Source of the DNA: Octopus sinensis
Lineage: Eukaryota
DNA length: 64,000 bases
Direction of reading: 5' to 3'
NCBI RefSeq assembly: GCF_006345805.1
Contig: NC_043024.1
Location: 15,128,001-15,192,000, forward strand
Below are positions 35,401 through 47,817 of this stretch, in pieces (positions within the stretch are counted from its first letter, which is position 1; every line of letters starts with the position of its first letter). Below the pieces are notes generated by a model. That model worked only from the letters and a program-made list of their open reading frames with translations, was not told the origin of the DNA and searched no databases. The position numbers and the translations under genes are program-made.

Positions 35401-36709
35401 GTATGTACACTGACATTACACATCCATCGGAGCATACTGGCTTCATTCCTCACGAGCTTACGCATGTCCTCAGCAGTCACGGCCCATGTTTCGCTGCCAT
35501 GTAGCATGGCTGTTCGTACACACGCATCATACTGTCTGCCTTTTACTCTGAGCGAGAGGCCTTTAGTCACCAGCAGAGGTAAGAGCTCCCTAAACTTTGC
35601 CCAGGCTATTCTTATTCTAGCAGTTACACTTTCAGCACACCCACCCCCCCACTACTGACTTGGTCACCTAGATAACGGAAGCTATCAACTACTTCTAGTT
35701 TTTCCCCCTGGAAAGTGACGGAAGTTGTTTTCTGCAGATTTTCAGAGGTTAATGAGCTGCCCGAGCATCTGCCACATACAAAAACCATCTTCCTAGTTAG
35801 CCTTCCTATGACATTGCTGCACCTCTTATGTGTCCATAGCTTACACTGGGTACATCTTATAGAGTTTCTACCTACACCTTTTCTACAGATCGAGCAGGGC
35901 CATCTTCCTGAAGACATTTGTGGATTGTCTACCTTCCTACTTATTAGTACTTGGTTTTTTAGCTAGGTTGACTCTAATGCCCCTTGATTCTAAACCCTCC
36001 TTCCACACCGGAACTTCTCCTCCAGTTCTGATAGTGACTCAGCAATAAGAGCAAGGTCGTCAGCGTAGAGGAGCTCCCAGGGACAGCCTGTCTTGAATTC
36101 CTCCGTAATTGCCTGGAGTACTATGATAAATAGGAGGGAGCTGAGTACTGAACCTGGTGGACCCCAACCTCTACTTTGAATTCTTCTGTACATGTTGCCA
36201 ACCCTAACCTTACTTACGGCATCTCTGTACATGGCTTGCACAGTCCTCACCAGCCATTCATCTATCACTAGTTTCCTCATTGACCACCAGATAAGGGATC
36301 GGGGGACCCTATCAAAAGCTTTCTCCATGTCAACGAAAGCCAGGTACAGGGGCTTATCTTTGGCTAGGTATTTCTCCTGCAGCTGCCTTACCAGGAATAT
36401 AGCATCAGTGGTACTTTTCCCTGGCACGAACCCAAACTGCATCTCATCTAAACTAACTCTCTCTCTAATTAGTTGGGCTATGACCCTCTCCGTAACCTTC
36501 ATTACTTATACATATAAATATATTGGTGATAAATATATTGCCATATAAAAAGCACCCGGTGCACTCTGTAGAGTGGTTGGCATTAGGAAGGGCATCCAGC
36601 CAGAGAAACCCAGCCAAAACAGACTATGGAATCTGGTTTGGCCTCTGGCCTTGCCAGTTCTTGTCAAACCATCCAACCCATGCCAGCTTGGAAAATGGAT
36701 GTTAAATAT

Positions 36710-36741
<32 letters not shown>

Positions 36742-38530
36742 ATGGTAATGGTGATGGTGATGATATAGTACACGTGCACATATATGTGTTGGGTATCCTT
36801 GTGTAGATATCATGTGGTGGCTGTAAATGAACATCACTCTTATAGAAGAGGGGTTGTGTCTTTCTAGTCTCCCATGAAAAACATAGCTGGTCACCGGAGA
36901 ATATTACCTTGCTTGGAAACAGTTGAGGGTTGATAACAAGAAGGGAAATGGTCCCTAGAAAATCTGCCCCCCAAAAAGTTCCATCTGATCCCTGACCAAG
37001 AATGGAAGAATGGTTGTTATAACCATGTTGATGATGATACAATACTAAGGACACCTTTCAAAGTGTTTACTTATATTTTCAGTTCCTTTTTACCCACTTA
37101 CCATTCAGCTTTCACTTGTGATCCCTTCCATGATTTAACTACATTCCTAATTGCATTCAAACTATTGTACCATTTCCAAAAAACCAGAGCTGATAAAATA
37201 CTTTGAATATGAATGGCATTTGATTTAACTCATACGACCATTGAAAAATAGATGTTAAAAACGATGGTGATGATGACATTTAGAGAATGTATATAATCCT
37301 TTGATCCAAAAGCTGTATCAGTGATGTTGTGGTTAAAGGTAACTACGTTACTTCAGTTTTAGAATTCCAATCACTGAGATATCGTGGATAGCTTGGAGCT
37401 TTACATAAAATGTGCAAAAATTTTGAATGAAATCTTCTCCTTATTAGAATATTCCTTTATCTGCAAACCAAAGCGATTCAGGAACCAATCTTCAAAGACT
37501 TGTTTAGTGATCCATGCCTTTTCATTGTAGAAGCAGCATATTTTTGTTAATGTTCTTGAAATTACATGAGTTTTGAAAGTGAGAAACAGGAAGTGGCTTC
37601 AGTTTAAGCCCGGCCATATTGTTTCCAAAAAGGCATAGGCATTGCTCTGTGGTTAAGCAGCTTGCTTACTAACTATGTGGTCTTGGGTTCAGGCCCAGTG
37701 TGCAGCACCTTGGTCAAGTAAGTGTGTTCTACTATTGCCTCGGGCTGATCAATGCCCTGTGAGTGGATTTGGTAGATGGAGACTGAAAGAAGATCAGAGT
37801 GTGTAGGAGTGGCTGTGTGGTAATAAATTTGTTTTCCAACCACATGGTTCTGGGTTCAGTCCCACTGCATGGCACTTTGGGCAAGTTTCTTCTACTATAA
37901 CTTTGTGCTGACCAGAGCATTGTGAGTGGATTTGGTAGACGGAAACTATAAGAAGCCTCTTGTATGTGTGTGTATGTGTTTGTGTGTGTGTGTGTTTGTC
38001 CCCCACTGCTATTTGACAACTGGTGTTGGAGTCTTTACATCTCCAAAACGTAGCAGTTCACCAAAAGAGATTGACAGAATAAGTGTAAGGCATAAAATTA
38101 TAAAAGTTGAATTTCTTGACTAAAATTCTTTGAAGCAACGCTCCAGCTTGGTCACAGTTGAATGGCTGAAACAAATAAAAGATAACTGATAAAAGAAATA
38201 TGTATATATATATATATATATATATCTGGGCTGACCAGAGCATTATGAGTGGATTTTTCATGACAGGAATTGAATGTGTGTGTGTGTGTGTGTGTGTGTG
38301 TTTGTACCCCACCACTATTTGACAACTGATGTTGGTGCATTTACTTCCCCAAGACTTAGCAGTTCACCAAAAGAGACTGACAGAATAAGTGTAAGGCATA
38401 ATATTTTTAAAAGCAATGGGATAGAATAATTTGACTAAAATTCTTCAAAGCAGGCCCCCCCCCCCACCATCATGGGCCTCAGTCTAATGACTGAAACAAG
38501 TAAACAATAACTGATAAAAGAAATATATAT
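30880..38530. repeat. Local triplication: unit A ~30880-32050, unit B ~32560-34290, unit C ~36510-38225, partial copy 38226-38530
   Basis: TTCAGCTTTCACTTGTG...CCATGATTTAACTACA at 30880, 33166, 37104; GATATCATGTGGTGGCTGTAAATGAAC block shared by B and C. Confidence 0.88.
34290..36505 (-). mobile_element. 5'-truncated RTE-clade LINE (RT with PHD finger, frameshifted) plus long 3' UTR
   Basis: QFGFVPGKSTTDAIF, FVDMEKAFDRVPR, LLYADDL, LEVVDSFRYLG, KGRQYDACVRTAMLHGSETW, RRLRWYGHV; (GAT)n tail at 34290. Confidence 0.93.
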
Positions 38531-38544
38531 ATATGTGTCTTCAT

Positions 38545-38860
38545 ATCCTTAATTGCTTTCTCTATCACACTGCTATCATCTCTGATGGCTGATCCTTCTT
38601 TTGGGTCCACATCAGGAAGTCTCAGCTTCTCCCATGCATCCTCCACATTTAGTAGCCTTTCTTAGTGGCATTTCCACACATCTCTCTCTCTCCTCAGAAT
38701 AACTAAATGCAAGCACACCATTATCCATCCATACAGACTTTTCACCCTCAGCATCTTCATTCTTATTTCTTATAACCACTAACCTATATTGAGTTGTATA
38801 TTCTTCATCCGGGAATTGACTTTGCATTCACAGGTATCTGCCTGTCCCTGTTTCTGGTGA
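38545..38860 (-). pseudogene. RTE-LINE ORF fragment (region upstream of RT)
   Basis: ERLLNVEDAWEKLRLPDVDPKEGSAIRDDSSVIEKAIKDMKT. Confidence 0.7.
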
Positions 38861-38984
38861 GAATCTAGTCAGATTAATTAGTGATTAGGTGGCTGAATGG
38901 TTTTCTGAAGTTAGTATTGCAGACCAGTAAGTCACTTGCATAACAAAACTCCAGTAGTCTTGTTCCCTCTTCATTTCTAAAACC

Positions 38985-39365
38985 TATTTCTTTACTACCC
39001 ACAAGGGGCTAAACACAGAGAGGACAAACAAGGACAGACAAACGGATTAAGTCAATTATATCGACCCCAGTGCATAACTGGTACTTATTTAATTGGCCCC
39101 GAAAGGATGAAAGGCAAAGTCGACCTCGGCAGAATTTGAACTCAGAACGTAACGACAGACGAAATACCTATTTCTTTACTGCCCACAAGGGGCTAAACAC
39201 AGAGAGGACAAACGGATTAAGTCGATTATATTGACCCCAGTGCGTAACTGGTACTTATTTAATTGACCCCAAAAGGATGAAAGGCAAAGTCGACCTCGGC
39301 GGAATTTGAACCCAGAACGTAAAGACAAACAAAATACGGCTAAGCATTTCGCCCGGTGTGCTAAC
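38985..39365 (-). mobile_element. Tandem dimer of SINE-C
   Basis: TATTTCTTTACT(A/G)CCCACAAGGGGCT starts twice, near 38985 and 39169. Confidence 0.82.
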
Positions 39366-39616
39366 CAAAGCCATGATTGTTGAAGTCACCTGTCACTATA
39401 ATAACATCATTGTGTTCCATTGATCAAAGTAGTCTGCACAAGGGATTCAAAGAAATGGTCCTTCTTTTCATCTTCCAGTCTTCTGTGAGGAACATATACG
39501 GAGATAAATGTTCCTGTTACATTATACAAGACTATTTTTTGCTTAAAAATCCTATCACACACCTGGCAAGTAGATGCGATTTATATTTTGTGTTAGTTCA
39601 ACTTACAACCTCTCTC

Positions 39617-39915
39617 TCTTTTACTCTTTTACTTGTTTCAGTCATTTGACTGCGGCCATGCTGGAGCACCGCCTTTAGTCGAGCAAATCAACCCCGGGAC
39701 TTATTCTTTGTCAGCCCAGTACTTATTCTATCGGTCTCTTTTGCCGAACCGCTAAGTGACGGGGACGTAAACACACCAGCATTGGTTGTCAAGCAATGCT
39801 AGGGGGACAAACACAGACACACAAACACACACACGTACATATATATACATATATACGACAGGCTTCTTTCAGTTTCCGTCTACCAAATCCACTCACCAGG
39901 CATTGGTCAGCCCGT
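39617..39915 (-). mobile_element. SINE-A, 5'-truncated
   Basis: Homology to SINE-A. Confidence 0.85.
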
Positions 39916-39935
39916 AAATTTTTATTGTCATTTTT

Positions 39936-40148
39936 TTAACCCTTTAGCATTTAAACTGGTTATATCTGGCCAAAATATTCTACCTGACCAGATTCGGCCT
40001 CTCACACTTACCCTACAATGTTATTCTTGAAATAAACTACCACAGCATTGAAATCTAAAAGCTACAAAGTAATGCATGATTAATTCAAAACACTGTCAAT
40101 AAAAAAAGTTTTATATTTGACAGAGAAATCTGAAAACTAAGGAGTTAA
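39936..40148. mobile_element. piggyBac-like MITE, second family
   Basis: TTAA-CCCTTTAGCA ... CTAAGGAG-TTAA; fragments also near 29600-29745 and 53730-54190. Confidence 0.55.
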
Positions 40149-40379
40149 GCCGCAAATTTCACAGTTGCCTATTGGAATTGAACTCATGTTCTCTTGGCTT
40201 GTAGCTTATCACACGACATTGTGATTAAACCACTCAAAACTCTGAACTTTATTCTGCTTTACTGAGGTTTTTTTTTTTGTTATTGTTTCTATGTCATGTT
40301 ATGGATTTTATTTTTCTTCTCTTTTCTCACTGGAATACCTCAGCTTGGCAAACAAGCTGTTACCTTAATTACCAATTCA

Positions 40380-40830
40380 CTTAATTAGAGCATGGTAGCA
40401 GCTTTGAAACGTAGTAGAGATATTATCAGCATTAAAGAGGGTGTGTAGGATAATGGTGTTCTTTGTCAACTTTATATGAGCACTACTGATGTGTAGGGAG
40501 AGAGATAGAAAGACTGGATTGTTAAACTAGAACTGGTTATTAAACTCAAAGATTTGGCAAAGTTCTGTGCATCTAAAGAAAGGTTTTGATGATCAAAGAT
40601 TTTTATTGAAGAACAAAACCAAAAATAAGTGACAGGGTTTCAAAGAAGGCAAAACGAAAAAAGAAAAAAGAAAGTTGTTCACTTTTTTAGTGGGAATAAA
40701 TAAATTTAAGACAAGTAAAGAATATTTCGGTAAAATAGAATCACTGTTGCTGATGTTACAGTAATAAAATTCTTCATTTGGTTATTGATATTGGCATAAC
40801 TGTCAATTTTGGAATTTCCAAAAGGAGAGG
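40380..40830 (+). pseudogene. Possible highly degenerate Gypsy-like gag/protease relic
   Basis: KDWIVKLELVIKLKDLAKF and LVIDIGIT resemble gag and aspartic-protease motifs; many stops. Confidence 0.2.
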
Positions 40831-41173
40831 TTCAGCCTGGCAGAACATGGCATTCAAGCATCGATATTAATGTTTTTGATACACCAGCCAAAGAGGGAGA
40901 CTATGTGGCTGATGAACTGTTAGAAATAGCAGTTAAATCTGATAATCACAACATGCTTGTGTTAAATAAGACTAGGGCACATAAGAAAAATGTACCTTTA
41001 GATACACTGAATCTGAAAAAAAATGTGATTGATGGCCACAACTGAAATGTCCTGCATCACGACTGACCTGGCACCAAAAAACAAAGGAAAAGAATACAGT
41101 TCTATATTTAAGAGATGAGAAACTATGTACATTATTTACATTATTTATATTTGTCCTCATCTTGTTTGTCGTT

Positions 41174-41219
41174 AACACAATGTTTCGGCTGATATACCCT
41201 CCAGCCTTCATCACGTGTT
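41174..41219 (-). ncRNA. Type-I hammerhead motif, family B (C3 mutated)
   Basis: aacac-GTGATGA-a-ggctg(gagggtatat)cagcc-GAA-ACAT-T-gtgtt. Confidence 0.45.
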
Positions 41220-41360
41220 TTGGGGATATTTTGAACCTGGGTTCTCATTCCTAAGGCATTTTTTTTATGTTGTTATTATTATTAAGGTCACTGCATGGAA
41301 TCGAACTCAGAATCTTGGGGTTAGTAGCCCGTGCTCTAACCACTACACCATATGCCTACA

Positions 41361-41704
41361 GGCATTTTGCGTAGTGGGTAAGAGCACAGGCTACTAACCC
41401 CAAGGGCATATGGAGTAGTGGTTAAGAGCTACTAACCCCAAGGGCATATGGAGTAGTGGTTAAGAGCTACTAACCCCAAGGGCATATGGTGTAGTGGTTA
41501 AGAGCTACTATCCCCAAGGGCACATGGTGTAGTGATTAAGAGCTACTAACCCCAAGGGCATATGAAGTAGTGGTTAATAGCTAGTATCCCCAAGGGCATA
41601 TGGTGTAGTGGTTAAGAGCAAGTAACCCCAAGGGAATATGGTGTAGTGGTTAAGAGCACAGGCTTCTAACCCCAAGATTCCAAGTTCGATTCCAGGCAGT
41701 GACC
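41361..41704 (+). repeat. Tandem array of six 38-bp units between two longer units, derived from the 5' half of a tRNA-like head
   Basis: GGCATATGG(A/T)GTAGTGGTTAAGAGCTACTAACCCCAAG at 41405, 41443, 41481, 41519, 41557, 41595. Confidence 0.92.
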
Positions 41705-41884
41705 TTAATAATAATAATAACAACATCAAAAGAAATACCTTAGGAATGAGAACCCAGGTTTAAAATTTCCGCAAGACATCTGATGAAGGCCAAAACATTG
41801 TGTTAACAACAAACAAGATGAGGACAAATATCCATCAAATATAAATAATGTAAATAATGTAAAGAAAAAGAAGTTAGTGATAAA

Positions 41885-43170
41885 ATAATGTAGTCCTAGA
41901 TGCATTGTGTCTAAAATATGATAGAAGGTCACAGCTGGAGTGTCTTGCATCAAGCATGACCAGCCATTAATGAATAAAGAACAGGTATACATTAGATGAT
42001 GTAGTTCTAGATCCACTGTGTTTAAAATAAGATGTCGTGGATGGAATGAATGTCTGTATTCATAACAACTGTGGCAGATTTGATAATGTAGTCCTAGGTA
42101 CAATCTTAATATTTTACTTGTTTCAGTCATTTCACTGCGGCCATGCTGGAGCACTGCCTTTAGTTGAACAAATCGACCTCAGGACTTATTCTTTGTAAGC
42201 TTAGAACTTATTCTATCGGTCTCTTTTGCTGAACTGCTAAGTTACAGGGACGTAAACACACCAGCATTGGTTGTCAAGCAATGTTGGGGGAGGGGGCAAA
42301 CACAGACACACAAATACACACGCATATATACACATACATTCATATGACAGGCTTCTTTCAGTTTCCATCTACCAAATCCATTCACAAGGCTTTGGTCGAC
42401 CTCAGGCTATAGTAGAAGACACTTGCCCAAGGTGCCACGCAGTGGGACTGAACCCGGAACCATGTGGTTGGTAAGCAAGCTACTTACCACATAGCAACAC
42501 CTGTGCCTATAAAAAAAAATGGATGGTTAGTCACATCAGGAGTGCCTTTGGTCATAGCTTGACTGAATCAAGACTGGTCTGGCACTAGATGACAGAATAT
42601 TGTGAAACATTAGATGATGTAGCCTTAAGTACACTGTGGTTGAAAAAATAATGATTGATAGTCACATCTGGAGTGTCTTTGCTTTGAGGCAGTAAAACAG
42701 CAACAAGGAGTGATGCATTACTTGATATAGTCCTAGATATACTGTGTCTGAAAACCAGTTGGGTGGTCACAGCTGGAGTGCCTTTGATCAGGGATGACCT
42801 GGCACTAAACAAAAACCTGTGACACATTAGAAAATGTAGTTCTAGATATACTGTATCTCAAATCAAGATGGATGGTCACAACTGGAGTGCCTTTGACTGA
42901 GGGTCTGCATTATCAAGGATGACCTGGTACTAAATTGCTAAATAACCCTAACCCTAAATAACAAGAGTGAAACATTATATGATGTAGTCCTAGATACACT
43001 AGGGCTGAAAAGAATGATGGATGGTCACAGCTGGAGTGTCTTTGTCAATAAGTGTCTGCTATATCAGAATGACCTGATGCAATGACAAAAAAGGGAGAGC
43101 GAAAGAGAGAGAGAGAGAGAGAGCAACACATCGGATAATGTAATCCTAGATACACAAAGTCTGAAATAAC
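41885..43170 (+). repeat. Degenerate array of ~105-150-bp units with two conserved blocks
   Basis: GATGTAGTCCTAGATACACTG and GGTCACAGCTGGAGTGCCTTTG recur about 7 times; interrupted by SINE-A at 42113. Confidence 0.7.
42113..42508 (-). mobile_element. SINE-A
   Basis: Homology to SINE-A. Confidence 0.88.
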
Positions 43171-43534
43171 GATATGGAACAATTATGGCTGGTGTGCTGC
43201 AACACTTTGATACTGGACCAAAGAAATCAATATGGACCAGATCAATATATTGGCAATATTGCTGAATGAAATTATTCTATAAAAGAATTAAGTGTAGTTT
43301 GGTTGGTTTCTTTGGCGCTTAAGACAGCATTCTGTTAATCTCTGCATAGGTACAAGCTTGGCTGTGTGGTTAAGAAGTTGGCTCTGCAATCTCTTGGTTT
43401 TGGGTTCAATTCCACAGCAGACTACATGGCATGTCTGGGGCAGGTGTCTTTTATTATAGCATTGAGCTGATCAAAGTACTGTGAATAGATTCGGTTGATG
43501 GAAACTAAAGAGAATCCTGTTGTATGTATTCTGT

Positions 43535-43928
43535 TATTTTTTTTATTTGTTTCAGTTGTTTGACTGCGACCATGCTGGAGCAACATCTTTAGTCAAAGAA
43601 ATCGACCCAAGGGATTATTCTTTGTAAGCCTAGTACTTATTCTATCGGTCTGTTATGGTGAACCGCAAAATTAAAGGGACATAAACACACCAACATTGGT
43701 TGTCAAGCAATGGTGGGGGAACAAACACTGGCACACAAACATGCACACACACACACACACACATATATATGACGGGCTTCTTTCAGTTTCCGTTTACCAA
43801 ATCCACTCACGTGGCTTTGGTTGGCCTGAGGCTATAGTAGAAGACACTTGCTTAAGGTGCCATGCAGTGAGACTGAACCTGGAATCATGTGGCTGGAGGT
43901 AAACTTCTTACCACACAGCCACACCTGT
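43535..43928 (-). mobile_element. SINE-A
   Basis: Homology to SINE-A. Confidence 0.8.
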
Positions 43929-44149
43929 GTGTATCTGTATGCATATCTTCTATCTTTATCTTCTTTTTTACGCTTGCTTCAGTCATTAGACTGCGGCCAT
44001 GCTGGGGCATTGCCTTGAAGGGTTTATAGACAAATGGATTGATCACAGTTCTTATTTTTTGAAGTCAGCTACTTATTCTATTGGTTTTTTTTTGCTGAGC
44101 TGCTAAGTTACGGGGACATAAACACACCAACACCAATTGTCAAGGCAAG

Positions 44150-44380
44150 TGGCTGAGTACTCCACAGACATGTGTACCCTTAATGTAGTTCTCAGGGAGA
44201 TTCAGTGCGACAAGACTGGCCCTTTGAAATACAAGTACTACTCATTTTCACAAACTATGTGGAGTGGAACAACATGAAATAAAGTGTCTTGCCCAAGGAC
44301 ACAGCACACTGCTGGGAATCGAACTCACAGGCTTATGATCATGGAGTTGAATACCCTAATCAGAAAGCCATGTGCCTTCA
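44150..44380 (-). mobile_element. SINE-B
   Basis: Reverse complement of 13888-14130. Confidence 0.7.
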
Positions 44381-44644
44381 CAGATAATTTCTTTCAACTC
44401 ACATTTCCATCTTGAAAAAGAAATATAAAGGACACCTTGGTTATTGAAGTCCTTGATAATACGCAAACAAGCAAGATGGTCATGGATGGAACGTCTTTAA
44501 TTTGAAGTGTGTTTGATGAGAGTCAGCCTATGGTACAACAGCAAGAATGATGTTCGACCTGCTAAAAACGGCAGCCGAATCTACCCCAAATTGTAGACAC
44601 TGCTGTCTTTCAAATACATAGGACACATATATATTTCCTTAGAC

Positions 44645-44864
44645 CAGTGGTTTTCAACCAGGGTCCCGCGGAACATTAGGGTTCCGCCAGTACAGTCCAG
44701 GGGTTCCACAAGAAGTTACAAAAATGCTAAAATCGACAGTAATTTTTAATTCTCCTGTGCAGATATGTGTGCATAAGACTATTAAATTTATTGCACAGGG
44801 GTTCCTCGAGCCAGTGGAATGTTTCCTTGGGGTTCCGCTCCAGCAAAAATGTTGAAAAGCACTG
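44645..44864. mobile_element. hAT-family MITE, 220 bp
   Basis: TIRs CAGTGGTTTTCAAC / GTTGAAAAGCACTG; exact 8-bp TSD CCTTAGAC at 44637-44644 and 44865-44872. Confidence 0.92.
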
Positions 44865-45189
44865 CCTTAGACACACATTAAACCAACAGGATAGGCATGG
44901 TTGGAACGCCTTTAATTCACAAGACAGCTCATTCATTGCTGATCTTGGGTGGGACTAGCCACATAAACATATTAAGGTCATTCGGTCCAACTCATTACAA
45001 AAATTCTGACCTAAAATGTCTTTGGGAATCAATAGAGATGAAAATGAGAAACAAGTGTGTTTGATGTCTTATTGTTGCTGTTTCTTGGTTGTTCTGTCAA
45101 TAATAAAATAGGTACATAAACAAATAAATAATTCATAAAACAACTAATATAAATATAAACATTATATTCAGGTTGATAACAGAGGACAA

Positions 45190-45298
45190 TTTCTCTTTCG
45201 CTTTTATACACACACACAACACATTATATACACACACACACACTCATAAATATACATGCATATTTATATATATATATATATATGTGTATGTATATGTT

Positions 45299-45334
<36 letters not shown>

Positions 45335-45499
45335 CACACATGCATATATAAATATATATATGTATGTATATACATGCACCCAGACACACACACATACACA
45401 TATATACATATATTTATATGCACACATCTATATCTACTATCTATCTATCTGTCTATATATCTGTCTATCTATCTATCTATCTATCTGTCTATCTATCTG

Positions 45500-45566
<67 letters not shown>

Positions 45567-45885
45567 CTCTCTCTCTCTATATATATATATATTTATCTGT
45601 ATATATTATATATATGCTAGCATGGAACCCAGATGTTAGATGATGATGTATAATATATATATATATATTTACTTACACACACACATGCACACATACCCAT
45701 CGTTCTTCCCCTCTTTCTATATACATCATTGTTTCTGTCTCTCTCTACATCTCTTTCTCCTTATATCCCCCTCACTAGATATTTTTCTCCCTATATTTGT
45801 TTCTCCCTTTTGCTATCTTCCTCTCTCCCCCACCATTTCTGTCTGTCTGTCTATCTGTTTGCTTTTCTCTTTTCTCTCTCTCTCT

Positions 45886-45964
<79 letters not shown>

Positions 45965-46147
45965 TGCCTTTATATAAATACACACACCTTTCTTTCTCTT
46001 TCTCTCTTTCTCTTTCAAATCAGATTTCTGCCATCCTTAAAAATATTTCTTTTTGCTTTTATCTATGTCTCTCATTCACAACGAATAATAAATCCATTAG
46101 TTTTCCAGTGTCATTGTGTGTGTTGTGTTGTGTTGTGTGAGTATGTG

Positions 46148-46191
<44 letters not shown>

Positions 46192-46293
46192 TACACACAC
46201 ACACACACATATATATATATACATATATAATAATAATAATAATAATGAAATTATTGTATACAGTGCTCAGGTGCACCACAACTTGTCAGAAAG

Positions 46294-46373
<80 letters not shown>

Positions 46374-46426
46374 CATATATATATACATATATATATACAC
46401 ACATATATATATATACATATATATAC

Positions 46427-46489
<63 letters not shown>

Positions 46490-46540
46490 TAATATATACA
46501 TATGTATATATACACAGATACACACACACACACACATATA
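45190..46540. repeat. Compound microsatellites (TA)n, (TATC)n, (TC)n, (CA)n
   Basis: Direct inspection. Confidence 0.85.
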
Positions 46541-46974
46541 TATGTACTTAGGTACACACATACACACATGCACATATATGCCAACATGGACATTAAATGA
46601 TAATCCATGCAGATATATAATATATGTATATATGTGTGCTTGTATGCTTGTAAGTAAATATGTATGTGCGGCCCCACACACACACACACATATGGACAGT
46701 AGGTGGGAAGTAGATATAGTAGTTCTCAGATGAATTTGAACTTAAGCTCTGAACTCTTCATCGAAGGCAAGGCCTGAATTGCCAAGAGTGGCTATGAGAA
46801 ATCCAGAGTGAGCTGATACAGAGGTAGCAATGGAGACAAACACTGTTTGGCTTGATATTCAAATGAATATACATACTACATCATATGTAAACAAACAAGT
46901 TTGTTTTTGAAGCACTGAAATGTATTGTAGTACAAGTAGAAAGATCTACAGGTAAGGACTGATAGAACAGCATA

Positions 46975-47280
46975 TCTTTATATATAAAACTAAAGTTGTG
47001 TGTGTGTGTGTCTGTCTACTCCGATTTAGATTCCTAACTACTCCCACATTTTGCGGTGCAGTTTAACCAAAAGCGGGTATCTTATAGTCGTGATTCATAT
47101 CGAGCCCTTCTGGGTATTAGCGCGCGTCTACGATGAGTCTACGATTTAAAAAAAAAAATACCATCATTTTTCCGCATTTTTAATGATTTTTGCTCGGGTT
47201 ATATAAGGGAAGTAACTCTCTAAAATGCTTATATAGTTATTTCCCTTACAAACCTGAGCAACGCCGGGCGATACTGCTAG
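46975..47280 (+). mobile_element. Non-autonomous Helitron
   Basis: Inserted between A and T; 5' TCTTTATATATAAAA, internal (GT)n, GC-rich subterminal motif GAGCAACGCCGGGCG, 3' CTAG. Confidence 0.75.
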
Positions 47281-47600
47281 TACAGGATAAAATCCTTACA
47301 GAGCAGAAAAATCTAGTATCATGCATCCATTACATTCTTGGAGTGGTTGGCGTTAGGAAGGGCATCTAGCCATAGAAACCATGGCAAATCAGCCTGGAGT
47401 CTGGTGCAGCCTTCCAGCTTGCCAGCCTTGGTCAAACTGTCCAACCCATGCCAGCATGGACAACAGACATTAGATGATGATGATGATGATGATGATATGT
47501 CTAAATAAATCTGTCCCAGCTTGGAGCAATTCAAGTTCCAATCCCACCTTGTCTCCAGAAAATGGTGATGCTTCTGTTGATGTTTTTGAATTTTAGTCAA

Positions 47601-47771
47601 AGGCACAGGAGTGGCTGTGTGGTAAATAGCTTGCTTACCAACCGCATGGTTCCAGGTTCAGTCCCACTGCATGGCACCTTAGGCAAGTGTCCTCTACTAT
47701 AGCCTTGGGCCGACCAAATAGACCAAATAGACCAAATAGACGGAAACTGAAAGAAGCCTGTCGTATATATG

Positions 47772-47817
<46 letters not shown>

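Larger units (their letters stand above)
41095..41862. mobile_element. Palindromic tRNA-headed/hammerhead-tailed element
   Basis: Left arm 41095-41357 (minus) and right arm 41633-41862 (plus) are inverted copies: head, (TAA)n, CCTTAGGAATGAGAACCCAGG, CTGATGAAGG..GAAAC. Confidence 0.82.

Noticed and set aside
41361-41704. CRISPR-like periodicity (38-bp period)
   Set aside because: The whole unit repeats with no unique spacers, it derives from a tRNA-like SINE head, there are no cas genes and the context is eukaryotic
42945-42958. Telomere-like (TAACCC)2
   Set aside because: Only two units; chance occurrence is likely
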